Source: Lobosporangium transversale (Eukaryota). From it: a stretch of DNA of 64,000 nt. Where the stretch lies: NCBI RefSeq assembly GCF_002105155.1, contig NW_019028979.1, positions 186,001-250,000 of the forward strand, given 5' to 3'. Below the pieces are notes generated by a model. It made no database searches, was not told where the DNA came from, and was given only the letters and a program-made list of their open reading frames with translations. This document shows, piece by piece, positions 1 to 13,005 of this stretch; within the stretch, counting starts at the first letter, position 1; every line of letters starts with the position of its first letter. Both the position numbers and the translations under genes were made by a program.

Positions 1-1210
1 TGTTGTTTTCTCGATTGTGTGCCGTAAGGAAATCTGCAGATCATCGCCTTGCACCTGCTTATCAGAACTAGGAATAACAAGTTTGTCCCCCTCAAAGCGT
101 AGCAATCCTCGTTTCTCAGCAGCACGGATCGCCGCCATTCTCTTGGCCACAATAGCGGCCTCCTCCTCTTGGCGCAAGGCTTCTTCTTGAGCTGCGAGCT
201 CACGGGTTATCCTTTCCTAATTATGAAACGAGAGAGAAATGGGGTTAAAAATATGTGTGCGAATTTGTTTGGTTTTTTAGACGTAATGTGGATATGTCAT
301 AAAAAAGTCGATGTAGTACAGGTTGTCGAGGACGATGCCCTCTTCTCTGCAAAACATGCCAATGCCGGTGTGAAAAAAGGGGTGGGTGCGGTTGAGTAGG
401 TAAAAAAAAGAAAAGGGTTGGGGGCTGGAGCGGAGGAATGTTTGATATAGTAGGCGTGCTATTAGCTTTTACCTGTTCTGCAATAAGCGCATCGACATCA
501 AGGACTTCTTCTGCATCATCCTCAGTATCATCCCAGGCCACCTTGTCATGAAGATTGCGCGGTGCGCGAAGTTTTCTAGGGGAAGGAACCATTTCTGCAT
601 GAATGTTGTAAGGCGTATAGTTCGCTTTGGGATAAACTTTAGTTGAGCTATTGCGAGTATTCCTGCTGCCAATTGAAATGCCATTGTCGTCATGATTGGT
701 ACTATCGTTCTCGTCGTCTCGATAAGGTACAAACATTGCTATTCCGCTCTCACGTTCGATGGGGTCCTTTCCTGAATTAGCTCCTCTATTACTCTCTGAT
801 CCATTTTTGGGGTAGTTTTGTTGTTGTTGATTTTGTTGTTGTTGATGGGAGTCGTCATCATCATCTGTATCATCCCTGTAAGGTATCTCGAATGGGCTAT
901 GGTTTCTTGAATGGCTCTTCGCAAAGCCGGCTTGGTTGGCATTCCTGGAGAAGCGACTATTAGAGAATTTGGTGGGCCAAGGATTGATGCTATCGTCAAT
1001 ACTATCGTGATAATAATTGTCACTGTCTAATGCTTCTAGACGTGAGCGAGAGCGAGAGTGATGGTATGGATGGACATGAGCGGGCGTATAGGCGTCGTCA
1101 TCATCACTATAGCCTGAAGAGTCTTGGTCCAAGTAAAGTGACCGAGACGAGAGGTTGTCGCGCTGTTTACGAGGCAGACAGGGACAGAATATATTCAGAC
1201 GCCTTCCCAT
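1..1210 (-). CDS. Hypothetical protein (partial; runs off window start), acidic/low-complexity with coiled-coil segment
   Basis: ATG at 1210 (MGRRLNIFCPCLPRK). GT-AG intron 217-472 joins ...DALIAEQ to ERITRELAAQEEALRQEEEAAIVAKRMAAIRAAEKRGLL, which stays open to position 1. No family recognised. Confidence 0.7.
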
Positions 1211-2048
1211 GGGATACACAAATAAAAATGAAGAGACAAGAAAATATAAAAATGAACCGTGAGCTAATTGAATGTGAAGTAAATGGAAGAATTTGGATTT
1301 TCGAATGAACAGTGGAGTAGGGATGTAAATGGATCTGAGCGAGTAAGAGAGACAAGGTTGGGGGAAAAGAGCGAAGGAGAGAAGGGATTGTGGCCAGGCT
1401 ATAGAGTATCAGGAACATAACATGACATGATATGGCATGACATGTCGTTAGCAGGAATTGCTTGTACTCAAACTATCTCTCCCATAAACACTTTATCTTT
1501 CATTCGTTTCATTTTCTTTCTCTATTATGTTGATCCAATACTTCGGTTCTTGCTGATTGATATTCTATTGATTAAGGAGCGTTATGATTCTATTAAAGCT
1601 GTCATTAGCATCATTGTCATCTCGTCGCTTTGAAGTGGCCAGCGGACCCATGTCACATTCGTATCACGACTAGAGTGGTGAAAAAAAAGCAAGCGATCAC
1701 AGTGTTATATCCAAATATACAGATGAGAACTGGTAGGGTTTCACAGGTCTTCACGCATAATTGTGGAGATTTTTTCCATTTCACTGCACAGGACAATGTG
1801 GCCCCCCCACAGCAGGATTGCCCACAGACCAGGCACGGGACATCGTTAACATACTAGGGTGTGTATCACGTGCATCAGTTATATCTCCAGTTTGTTCATT
1901 CCATTCCATTATTACACATCTTCAACGCACAGGATCACCCAAGGCTATTTCGAGACCTTCCGGGAAAGCTCAGACATATTCTCTCTTCCTAACCAGACCA
2001 GGAAATCACAGCGCTATAAAAGAAGAATACTTTTCAAATAAAGTGACG

Positions 2049-5000
2049 ATGCCCACAGAGCGACATGTGTCCTTGGTGCAAAAGCTAAGATGGCATGTCA
2101 GTGGTAACTTCTCACCTACTGCGTTTGCAATTGGCGATGTGGACGGACTTGGGGTACTTGAATAGCAGAAACAAAAAAAAAGAAAAAAGAAAAAAGAAAA
2201 AAAAATCATTATGTTGCTACGATATGTCGTCAAAGAGTTTATGGACATGCGTAAAACACTGATTAGAAAAAGTGTTACTTTTGTTCTTTATCTTCATGCT
2301 TCTATCTGTCTCTCAGGATAACGCATTTGTGATTGGAAATTTAGTCGGGGAGCTATTCATCTTCAAAGGAAATAATCCTGATGGTCTTCCATGGATGACA
2401 TGCAAGGGTCTTGGCACGGTAATATACAATGGAAATGTTGCCTAACATATAGTTTCTACAGACATGACTGACAGTCTATAGAAAACCATGATTAGATCAC
2501 AGCCGTTGCCATTGGTGATATCAGGAACTGTGGCAAAAATTCAATTGTAGTAATGAGTGCAGAGGGGCTTTGTCATATCTTTGATATCGCTGAATTGGAT
2601 AACAGCCGGCATGGTGGACACGTCCTTCCATCGTCATCATCAACTGGGGCCAACATATCTTCTAGCCACAATGCATCAGGATCATTTGTAGGAGGAGGGC
2701 CTGGCGGCCGATCAGGCCAGGCTGGCAGCATATATTCATCTACTCCATTGCAGAATTCATATCATGCAGGGCAGAGCGGGAATAGTCATCCTTTTCACCC
2801 TACAATCCCTGCTACACCCAGCATCCGACCTGTTCCAGATACCCATCATCAGCACCATAATAGTCATTATCAAGGAGTTCCATCGAGCCATCCATACCAT
2901 GGTACCCCGCCTCTACCGCCACCACAGAATACACCACATGGATCTGCTTCTTCTTCTATTTCAGGATCTACGCACCATCATGGTCATCAACAGAATAGTC
3001 AAACCCACACTTCCAACAGTACACCAATTCATTCGCATGCCGGGAGCATTCATGGCGGCATCAGTGGCAGTAACTCTGGTAGTGCGAGACGTGCATCTGA
3101 GGCGCCTTTAGCATCATCTGGGCCAGGCTTGACGTCGGCATCAGCATCCACAGTAAGGACAACGGCAGCGCTAACTAATTCAATCAGTGCTTCGCCAATA
3201 CCTACTCCTACATCGCACTCCCATGGAGGACAAGCAGTAGGAGTGACTCGGTCATTAGGTGGAAACAGCGTAACCGATTCACCGACAGGAACACCATTAA
3301 TCAAACCACAGCAAGGGCCATCATCTGCTGCGTCCACACGAAAGCAACAGAGGGGCGGGGCAAATAGACATGGCAATGCAGGGCCTGGCAAGTCTCAAGT
3401 ATGTCATGTAGGGGGGCAAAGGATCTTGGACAGGCCCAACTTGACTCTTCCGGTACCTGTCAATATCAACCGAGCGTATATCGCAGACATTGGTATACTT
3501 TCTTTTATTTGTATCAATATAGTTTTGATTTAATTTGTTTGAAATACTCATAACTTTCCATTTCATAATGAACCTGGTTATTTATGGCCGAGTGTTTAGA
3601 TGGGGATGGTCTCAATGAAATTGTGCTTGCGAGAACTGATAGGATCATGCATTCATACTCTCTTCAAATCACCAAGCCAGTGTCGCTTACAGCCACATCC
3701 TCCATTCAGCCAAGCAACCAACAGCTAAACTTGATCAAACTAGTTAGCAGGACCAGTAGTATTTCAACCTTAGATAGTAGTGGACTCTTATCGCCTTCTG
3801 ATGACCGCAGGGAGACTATCATTCACTATCCTTCGCTCTCATCCATGGGGAGATTGCACTATGCAGGCTCGACATCCACTGTAGCGGGCATGGGTCAATT
3901 AGACAGCCAGCAGCAGCAGGATAAGCAAGATAATAGTGGTGTCATCAATGTTAATGATCCCTCGATGAGTCGATTGGTATTGGTGGAAAAAAAACGCTGG
4001 GCATTGGATGGTCAGGTAAAAACATATTGATTACTGGTATTATTCTTTATTCTACACTTTATTAGCATCAATGTTTAACTTATACATGGACTTGTTTTTT
4101 TATACATTTAATTATTGATAGATCCACTGTCTCGCATTGACAAAGGATACGAACACAGGATTACCTATCCTTTTGGTTGCTCAGCCAGGTCTCAAATTTG
4201 TGATGATTGACCATACTGGTAATATGTCAGAGCCTATCACGCAAATTCAACGCAATCCCAATGCAGCAGTGAATGTTGTCGCGCCCGATACGCCGACGCG
4301 GGCTGTAGGAAGCGGTGATGTTGCCACTGAAATCATTTGCGGCTCACGTTTTGTCAATGGCACAAGAAAAGACATTATTGGGTTGATGTCCATGGATGGT
4401 AAGGGGTAAACAAGCTGCACTCAACTTTTATACCGTATGGTTTTCTTTTTTGCCTCATATACTATAACCCTATCTTGGGTTGCTGATCTATTATCGGATG
4501 GCTTCGGTAGGCGCGATTGCATTGCATGATCTCGAGGAGAATACTGTTAAAACTCATGACCTGGATTCGACTCACAAAATTTTCGGATTCTCAAAGCTTA
4601 ATTTCGGGACACAATACGTGGAGCAACGACAACGTGTACGAAGTTCCAGGAAATCTAGGAGGCCGAGTTATGCTATAAGCTCGAATAGCCGTTTTGCAGA
4701 CGAAGATAACTACGATGGGGGCGAAGAAGATGATGATGATCAGGACGAAGACGGCTTAGACACTGAAGATGACGGTGATACGGCTGCAGAGACTCAGATA
4801 TTAAGAGACCACTATGCGAATGGCGGTGGTGGCGGCGATTTTAGTGATATTGGCGATGATGCTTCTCGCCGCTCTGTCCACTCTACACATACCAAACCAT
4901 GGCGCTCAGGGGGCGGAAACAAAGCATCTACGTCATCCATGCTAATTTCAGATTCATTTGGGTCGCGGATCCAGAAGAACGACATATTTGTGGGATGCTC

Positions 5001-8000
5001 TTGGAGCGGAATTACATTCTTCATAGATCAAGACTTCAATACTGCCCAATATGACTTTGATGCTCGTGTATGCGCTTTTGGGGCTGGTATGTCACTCTTT
5101 ATATTTTATTGTGTAGCAGCACAACTGCTAAAATCCATAAGTGGCTAATGACACTTTTCTTTATCTCCCAGGTCAATATGCTGTTACTCCAGGCAGAAAC
5201 GAGCCTTGTCTTTTTTATGTGGACTTTGAGGACAACATCTATGTATATTATAATCTTTACATTCAAACTGAGCCCTTTCTCCGGTTCCATGATGTTGTGA
5301 AGGCGGATACTGAGCTGGTAATTATGTATTCTGCTAACGTCGATGATTGTCATATTTAGTGTGTAATTTATAACGTATCTTTTTTTTCTTTTTGTCGAAT
5401 TTTCCATATCCTTTCAGATTCTAGCAAGTCAAAAGTTTATGTTAAAAGTGCCGGGCCGCAGAGATGCTAGGACAGAGAAAGATGAAATATCTGTTAGATC
5501 TACTGAGGGCAATTCTCTGCAAAACGACCAAGAAAATGACTGCAAACCAGATATCAAAGATATCAAAAGTGATAGCCACGACAATGATAGAAGCAGTTCT
5601 GCAGGGCCTAAGTGGGATGAACGCGATATGAATGAATTTATCCATGACTCTCTATACAATGTCAACCGCTATGAGGATGAGTTTCAGCGATTGAAACGAC
5701 TAACTAATCTCGAACTTGCAAAGCGAACAATGCTTTTAGAGGAAGGGATGAACAAAGAACGTGAACGGGACGAGACAGAAAGGAAGGCGAAGGCAGCAGA
5801 ATTTGAAGCTGCGCTTGCTGCAGCAACGGCAGAATACGAAGCTACACTTGCTGCAGCAACGGCAGAAGCAGTAAGAGCAGAGACTGGAGATGAATCTGCT
5901 TTCATCGATTCTAGATCGCGGCCTTCTCTTCATGTTTTTACCTCAGAACAAACTGGCTTGGGTCGACCGCATGGACAGTTTCCAGGACATGGCATTTCAA
6001 CCAGTCGTGCCGGCGTTGGGTCTGTCCCATATACCCAAACAAAATCAAAATATCAGCGGCAGCAGCCGTCACGACAGGATGGTGACGACGGTGATGATAA
6101 TGACCGTCTTTCATCACCTCTGTCGCCTGTTTCTTCTGTATCAGCACCTTCTACATTACCATCTACACAACCTACGCAGAGCTACATAGAGAAGCGCCGA
6201 TCGTCTTTACTAATCAAAGATGTTCTCGCTCATTACGAGGGAAAGACTACACCTCCACTCAAGTCCCCTACATCGTCTTCAACATTTGCCCATCAATCAG
6301 CGAAGGACCACAGGAGTGGGGCTTCTTCGTCGTCATCTTTAGCATCGGCAGGCTCGTCCGCAACGCTGACAAATATCTTCAAACGGCTCAGTCTCAAAGA
6401 CAAGGGAGGCAATGTCTGTCTTTCTCGATCATCCAGCAGCGGTAGCGCCAGTGGTGCCAGTAATGGTAGCCAAAGTACTATCATTCAGAGCCATTCCTTA
6501 TTGGGGACACCTACGTTATCAAAGGGGAAAGCTTCCGCTGTAGATTCTCGAATTGGAAAACCACCCATAAGGGTCAATCGTCCTTCAGGAATTTCTCCAA
6601 GGCCCAAAGGCATTGGGACGGCCATGACTGGCCGCAAGCCAGGAGCTAAGTCAAAGCTATTTCTACAGCAAGATCGAGAGGAATCAACCGATGATGGGGA
6701 CGTTGAAGATGGTGTGGATGAGCAGGGCGCGCCATCTGAGGATGACACTGTGGAAACAGATGGCGACCAATTAATTGAGTTTGACCGTTCTTCGCGTAAG
6801 GACACTGGAGGAGATGAATTCCATATAGGATCTCAAAAGTTTGACGATGGATCGGCAGCAGTTGAGCTTTATGGAAATGAAGGCAATAATGATGAGACAA
6901 GCGAAAATATTGTAGGGGCACTTGGAAGAGAGGAGGGAAGGGTAGCGGGAGAAGTGACATTAGCAGGAATTGGGGTGGAAGAGGATATTACTACTGGAGT
7001 ATATACTCCTTCTACGATTTCTCCTATCCCTTCGCCTAGACGGCTCTACAGCAATAATCAACAACACGGAAGTTCAGCAGAGCCTAGCGCTAGCCTTGAC
7101 AGCACAGCATTTATGCTTGCTAAAAGCCTGCTCTCACCATCTACACAGAGCGTTAGCAGTGGTAGTACTGGGACTACTACAATCGGAGCAACTACCGTAA
7201 CATTGGGAAATCAAGGGAAGAACGACCATAATAGCAATAAGAGCATCAACCATGGTCCACAATCTTCCTCATATTCTCATGGCAGTCACCTGCGACAGCG
7301 TTCAGCACATGGGCTATTGGATGTTACTGGTACATCAATGCGAGAGTATGAAGCGAATCCAACTTCAGGTAATACTGCTGGTTTCAGCTCTGATCCTTTC
7401 AGTACTGGCCTCTGTAGCGCTCAAGGTGGCCAAAGATTTACGGCTGCGTCTCTTCTGAACACGGGGTCTGATGTTGGAGAGATTGCAGTCCCAGACATTA
7501 AACTGGTGGCAGCCTCGCTCCCAACACAACCCGTGACCCCATTATCGACTTCGGAATCATCTTCTCTGGCGCAGATTGTCCCAGATGATTTAGATCAGGA
7601 GGATTCTAAGAATGGCGGAGAAATGTTCCAAAAAGCGACCATAGATGAGTTGTGTAATTTAGATCTGGATCATCAGCCAGTTGTGATTGAATCAGATGTT
7701 TGTCGCCAGTCTGCTGCGCCAGGGCCGCAAGGAGGGATGTCTGAGTCTGATACAACGGCTGCTGAAGACTCCAAGTCAAGTAAGAGCAATAATAGCGAGC
7801 GATTCTCTCGATCGGGAGAGTCGAAATTCAAAGAGTCAGACATGAAGTTGATGCAGGCGCCACTGCCTAGGAGTAATCAGCACTATCGAAAGCAACAGCA
7901 CCAGCAATCTCAGGGTCAAGAAGGAGGGGGTATGTCATCCTCTGCACATGTCTCCTTCTCAGATACGCATCCCAATAGCGTTAGCGCGAGTAGTGGAGGA

Positions 8001-9098
8001 GAGGGGGATGGCGTTGCAAGCCAAGGCGGTGGCGTAGAGACATTTCATTTCAGAAATGATGGGCTTGGGCGAAGCGGCTTCACAGGAAAGTCATCGTCAA
8101 CCACATCATCGGCAACGGTGTCTGACTTTGGGTCAGGTCCGTCTTCACCACTTGCTAGTAATGTCAACGCAGCGCATGCGATCTTGTCTAACCCGTCTTT
8201 CAATAGCTACAAAGGATTCAGTGTGTTGTCCCTACCATTGACTTCACCCTCGGCTTCTACAGCAACTGCACAGCAGCACCAGTACTTTTCTCCGTCTCAT
8301 TATCATCACTACCATGTGTCCCCTACATCTATCATACCATCACACTTGGGCCTATCCACTAGAGGAGGTCCACAGACTCATGACCGAGCATTGGCGCAGG
8401 AGGATGATAGAATGTCTATTCGATCTAGGACATCGACTTTCCATGATACCAATGAAAATCCATCCACCTATGAGGTTGTCCCATCAGCGATATTTGTGAA
8501 CACTGGTGGTGCTACCGTTGGAGTTGGAGAGCAACATCAGCAAAATAATATTTATGGTATGTCTCCTACTTCGACACTGACGAGCAACCTGACCTCGGAC
8601 TCACTTGTGCGCCGTCTTGAAGATCTGCAGCAACAGGATCGTGATCTAGAGGAGCGACAGCAACAGCGCCAGAGAGAAAAGAAACTAGAAAAAGAAAAAG
8701 AGAACTCTAAAGAAAATACTAGGGCAACCCCTACACTCACGATATCTCAGTCATCGTCAGCAGCAGTGCCGACCAGTCGGCCATCTTCACTGTCACGAGC
8801 CAACAGTGGAGCCAGTGTGCAGAGCGTTGTTAGTCATCATGGCCACCGTGCTCCAATAGCTTTGCAGTTGCCTCTGTCTCCCCATTCTTCGTCTTCTGCC
8901 CCATCGGTGCATCTATCGGGCCATGGGTCTATAACTGGCGCAGGAACAGGACCAGCGTCTTCTTCGTCTGGTATAGGATCCTTAGGTTCTATCTCGGGGT
9001 CAACTCATGAAAGGCATCACCATCATACGTGGGAAGAAGATCCACATGAAGCTGCAAAAAGACTCCGGAGCAGACCAGGCCTTGGAGCTGATAGATGA
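2049..9098 (+). CDS. ITFG2: ITFG2-like FG-GAP repeat protein (KICSTOR subunit homologue) with ~1200-aa low-complexity C-terminal extension; 8 exons
   Basis: Spliced N-terminus MPTERHVSLVQKLRWHVSGNFSPTAFAIGDVDGLG|DNAFVIGNLVGELFIFKG..PWMTCKGLGT|ITAVAIGDIRNCGKNSIVVMSAEGLCHIFD parallels animal ITFG2. Later blocks: IADIDGDGLNEIVLARTDR, GCSWSGITFFIDQ, VCAFGAGQY, PCLFYVDFEDNIYVYYN. GT-AG introns at about 2154-2316, 2419-2495, 3493-3598, 4016-4121, 4399-4510, 5087-5171 and 5308-5417. Confidence 0.85.
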
Positions 9099-9328
9099 CG
9101 GTAAAAAAGAATAACAATAATAAATAGTAGAAAGGGATAATAACTGTAAAAGCACCATCGCGGATTGCAGCTAATTTGATATGGTGTCTGTGGTATTCTT
9201 GCTGCACCATTATCACTTCCTTTTGAACACATGAGTAAAGGGGCTCAATAAAGCGGGCCTTTTAATGAATATATATTTTATTAGTAGGTATCATACATGG
9301 GTTTACAAATGGCTATAGTCGCTGACTT

Positions 9329-11440
9329 TCAATAGTTGCTAAATGCGCTTCCGATTGTTCGAGAGGTTGGCCCGAATCTTGCCAGATTCCTGACGCTCCC
9401 TTCGATAGATTCAAGTGTTGAGTTCATAGTCTTGAGATCCCATTTGACATTGATCAAATCAGACCTCAGATCAGACGAATCTGAACGGATAGTCGAGACT
9501 TTGGATGTAATGCTGTCGAGTTGGAGATGTTGCATTTGTGTCATGCTATCGAGACTTTGTTGAACCCTGGTTAGCATTGTGCGGTTATATTCAAGCGTGT
9601 CAGTGACATGATCCATCTGTTGGGCGAGAGATCGATTAAACATAACAACGGATTCCATTTGTTTCTGCATCATGGCCACTGTTGTAGTCAGACCTTTGAT
9701 AGCAGACTCTACCCGATGCTCGCTTGTGCTGCCAAGGATGTCTTTACGGGAAGGTCCAGAGGTATTTGGAGGAAGCGCCAGTCTGAATAGTTCCAAGACA
9801 TCATCCGACACTGTCGTGTTCCCTGCAGGTGATTTGCTTTCATGGTTAGGAGCATAGTCGTAATCATAATTGTAACCATATTCTCGACCCTGATCCTGAT
9901 CCTGATTCTGATTCTGATTCTGATTCTGATTCTGATTTGGATTCGGATTCGGATTCGGATCCTGGTTTTGACTTCTACCATAAGTATATATTGCAGGCTT
10001 CTTTATGCGAGATGGATAAGTTGATGATAGCCTTGTTTTTGAGCTTGAACTTGATCCCTTATCACTAAATTTATGATCATGAGCATGGGCATGGTGAGGT
10101 ACTACGGTTGGTATCCTTGATATTGATGGAGTGATTGTTGTTGTTGCTATTTCCGAGGGTTCCGGACTAGTCGTAGCATCATCCGCGTAAGGTAAAAGGA
10201 ACGAGCGCGTGGGCCCAGTCGGTGGAGCGGCAGCAGCAGTAGTGACCAATGGAACTACCGACGGTTGAGACGCTGTTATCAATGGAACCTTTGTTGTGTT
10301 CGTCATTGAAGTCATCACAGCCGCTGTTGCTACAATGGCTCTTTCTGTATCCGTGTCAGTGGCTTCACTATCACTCGCTTTAATCTCAATCTCATCAACA
10401 TCACCTTCATCCCTTGTCTCCTGCTCCTCCTGCTCCTCCTGCTCCTCCTGCTCCTCCTGCTCCTGTTTATCTTCTTTTTTCTCTCCCTTTTCCATGTCTT
10501 CTTCATCCTCAACGTCCGACATGGCAATCATACGACGTTTTCTTTTGCTTGAAGGCTCTCCTGTTTGTGGCGATCTTGCCAACGGATCGAATGATGGAGA
10601 CACCTGTTTTTCTTTACGCATCCTCAATGCTTCCTGTAGACGCTTCCACTCAGGATCAGGTAGTGTACATGTTTTTCTTTTGGCTATTAAGAAGTCTATA
10701 TCCATTTGGTATAATTTTTCCACATATTCCATCAGCAATGTTTTCTTGAATGCAGTGATGCTGCTAGGACCATCGACATCATCATTGTTATCATCAGAAC
10801 CAAAGTTGGTATTGCTATTATGAAGATGTATTTTCTCCGCCTGTAGCAATAATTGGAACTCATGCCAAGTGTTCATGAGTTTGTCGTAGGTCCCATAGAG
10901 TGCCAAAGCGGTAACGCCTCGTAGACAGGGTTCTGTCTCCGACAACTCTGCAGCCAACTCTCGGAATGTAGGACCCCCTTTGGATAGATTGATAGGAGCC
11001 TGAAGACGCTTTTGTTGTTGATCAAAAGCATATAAAATTTGTTGAAGTCGTTCATATAAAAACCGAGTTGTGATGAAAATCCTTCGTGCATTTGGTCCAC
11101 CTTCCAGGAACTGGAGGCCACAATATCTCCTTTGGCCATGTACCTCTTTGAATTACCATGAAAAAAAAAAAAAAAAAAAAAAAAAATTTGTCGTTATATT
11201 TTTATGCTTTTTAATTTGTAACCCCGCTTGTCCTTTTCTTTAATTTGTTTTACCTGCAGGGATGTCTAACCTGGTCACTTCTCTTGTCAAGTGAGTTGCA
11301 TTTGGAGGATCCTTGAAGTATATGTAAAAGTATTTTGAGAACTTGGAGTCCAGCTCAAGTGGAGAAACAGACGAAGAGCCTGAAGTAATGACTTTACGTT
11401 TCATGCTTTGTTGATTGTTTTCTTGCTCATTGACATCCAT
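9329..11440 (-). CDS. Hypothetical protein, 2 exons; helical N-terminal domain, repeat-rich middle, C-terminal coiled coil
   Basis: ATG at 11440 (MDVNEQ). A phase-1 intron (~11146-11253) joins to EVHGQRRYCG..., which is continuous with the 542-aa ORF. Contains (EEQ)n and (PN)(QN)(QD) repeats. Confidence 0.7.
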
Positions 11441-11501
11441 CTTGGACAAGAAATAGTAACTGTGACAATAGAACTGAGAGACAAAGCAAAAGACAGTGAA
11501 T

Positions 11502-11534
<33 letters not shown>

Positions 11535-11895
11535 TTCCAAGGTCAATGATGAATGAAAGTCTAGGAATCAAGGAAACACGCTTATTTTTCGGGAACGCGC
11601 AATTAGAAGATTTCCATTGTTTACAGAATGTGTGGAAAGAAAGAGAGAGGGAAAAAAAAAAAAAAAAAAAAAAAAAAAAACGTGTTTGACTTCCCTATGT
11701 TATTCTTTTCTTTCTCGAAAGAAAGGATACCATCAGTCTTGAAAGAGGAGAGGAACGGGGGAGAGTTAAAGGACTGACACTTGAATACCACAATGCCACA
11801 TACTAGCAATTGTGAGCCCCTTCTCTTTTTGTTCTTTTTGTTTTGTTGATGATGTCGTACGATCAATCAGCTTTCTTTTTGTTTTATTTTATTTT

Positions 11896-12761
11896 TTAAA
11901 AGTCCATGACTAGCTGAGGTGTGATAGCTTCCAAAGAATCAAGTTCAATCAATATCTCATCGTTCCTTAGCTCTTCGTCTTCTTGATCCCGTTGATATGC
12001 TGCAGTTCGATGTAAGGCTTCAATTGTAAACAGTCTTAGATACTCGGCTGACAACTGCAATGCCTCTTTACTTGCTATAAAAGCAAAAGTATATATATAT
12101 ATATTAAAGAATGAGTAAAAAAAAAAAAAAAAAAAATTGTCAGACATATTAAGGCTGTAAAGATCTTCTATGACTATTACATCTTGTTCCTGAGTCTGTC
12201 CAAACTCCTTTAAAGATTGCATGCATTGTTTCCTAAAGTTCAAAATAAAAATAAAATTGTTTGAATAATCTGTCCATGTAGCGGCTCAGTTCTCTTAAAC
12301 CTTTACTTCTCCACAAAATACAATATATATGTAGGTTTTTTTTTTTTTTTTTTTCTTACAGGTCGAAAAGTCGGCGCGTCAATTTCATCCTGTTGATCTT
12401 CATCATCATCTCTAGGTGCTAGTGCTGATAATAATGCTGCCGTGCGGCTAGATCCCGCACCATTGGTTTTAGCAACAGTACTGGACCTACTACCATGACT
12501 ATGACTACGGCTCACAGCTTCTTCGCCTCTCAAATTGGTCCAAAGATCATCATCCTCATCAATTTCTACAATGTCATTTTTTTCTAAAAACTCTTCTTCC
12601 TCTTCGTCCTCATCGTCTATTGCTTCCCGAGCAGGTCTCTTTTTCTGTAATCGTCGTCGGTTAGCTGCTGCTGCTGCTGCTGCTGCTTGTGCTTTTGCTT
12701 GTGCCATGGTGTATTCCTGTTCTACATCGTCGCTGTCGAATTCAATCTCGTCATTATTCAT
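11896..12761 (-). CDS. MHF2: CENP-X / Mhf2 (STRA13) histone-fold protein with acidic N-terminal extension; 3 exons
   Basis: Spliced ...PTFRP|ETMHAIFKGVWTDSGTRS|SKEALQLSAEYLRLFTIEALHRTAAYQ...IELDSLEAITPQLVMDF*. The terminal PQLxxDF is characteristic of CENP-X. Confidence 0.85.
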
Positions 12762-13005
12762 CTTTTAGACTTTTGATTAGATTTGTTCAATAGAGCAAAA
12801 ACAAATATGAATGCGCGCTTCGCGGCGAAGCACTTTAAAGGAAAACTGCGTGACTGCGATCCACATCCCTTTACCCACTTTTTTTTTATTGACATATACC
12901 ATTATTATCTAGCTACAATACACAAATCACGATTAAGAAAAATAGAAATAAAAAAATAAAGATGATTTGGTTTTTTTTTTTTTTTTTTTTTTTGCTTTTT
13001 TTTTA

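Noticed and set aside
9890..9965. Regular short repeats that could look like an array
   Set aside because: In-frame hexamer microsatellite without spacers; not CRISPR-like.
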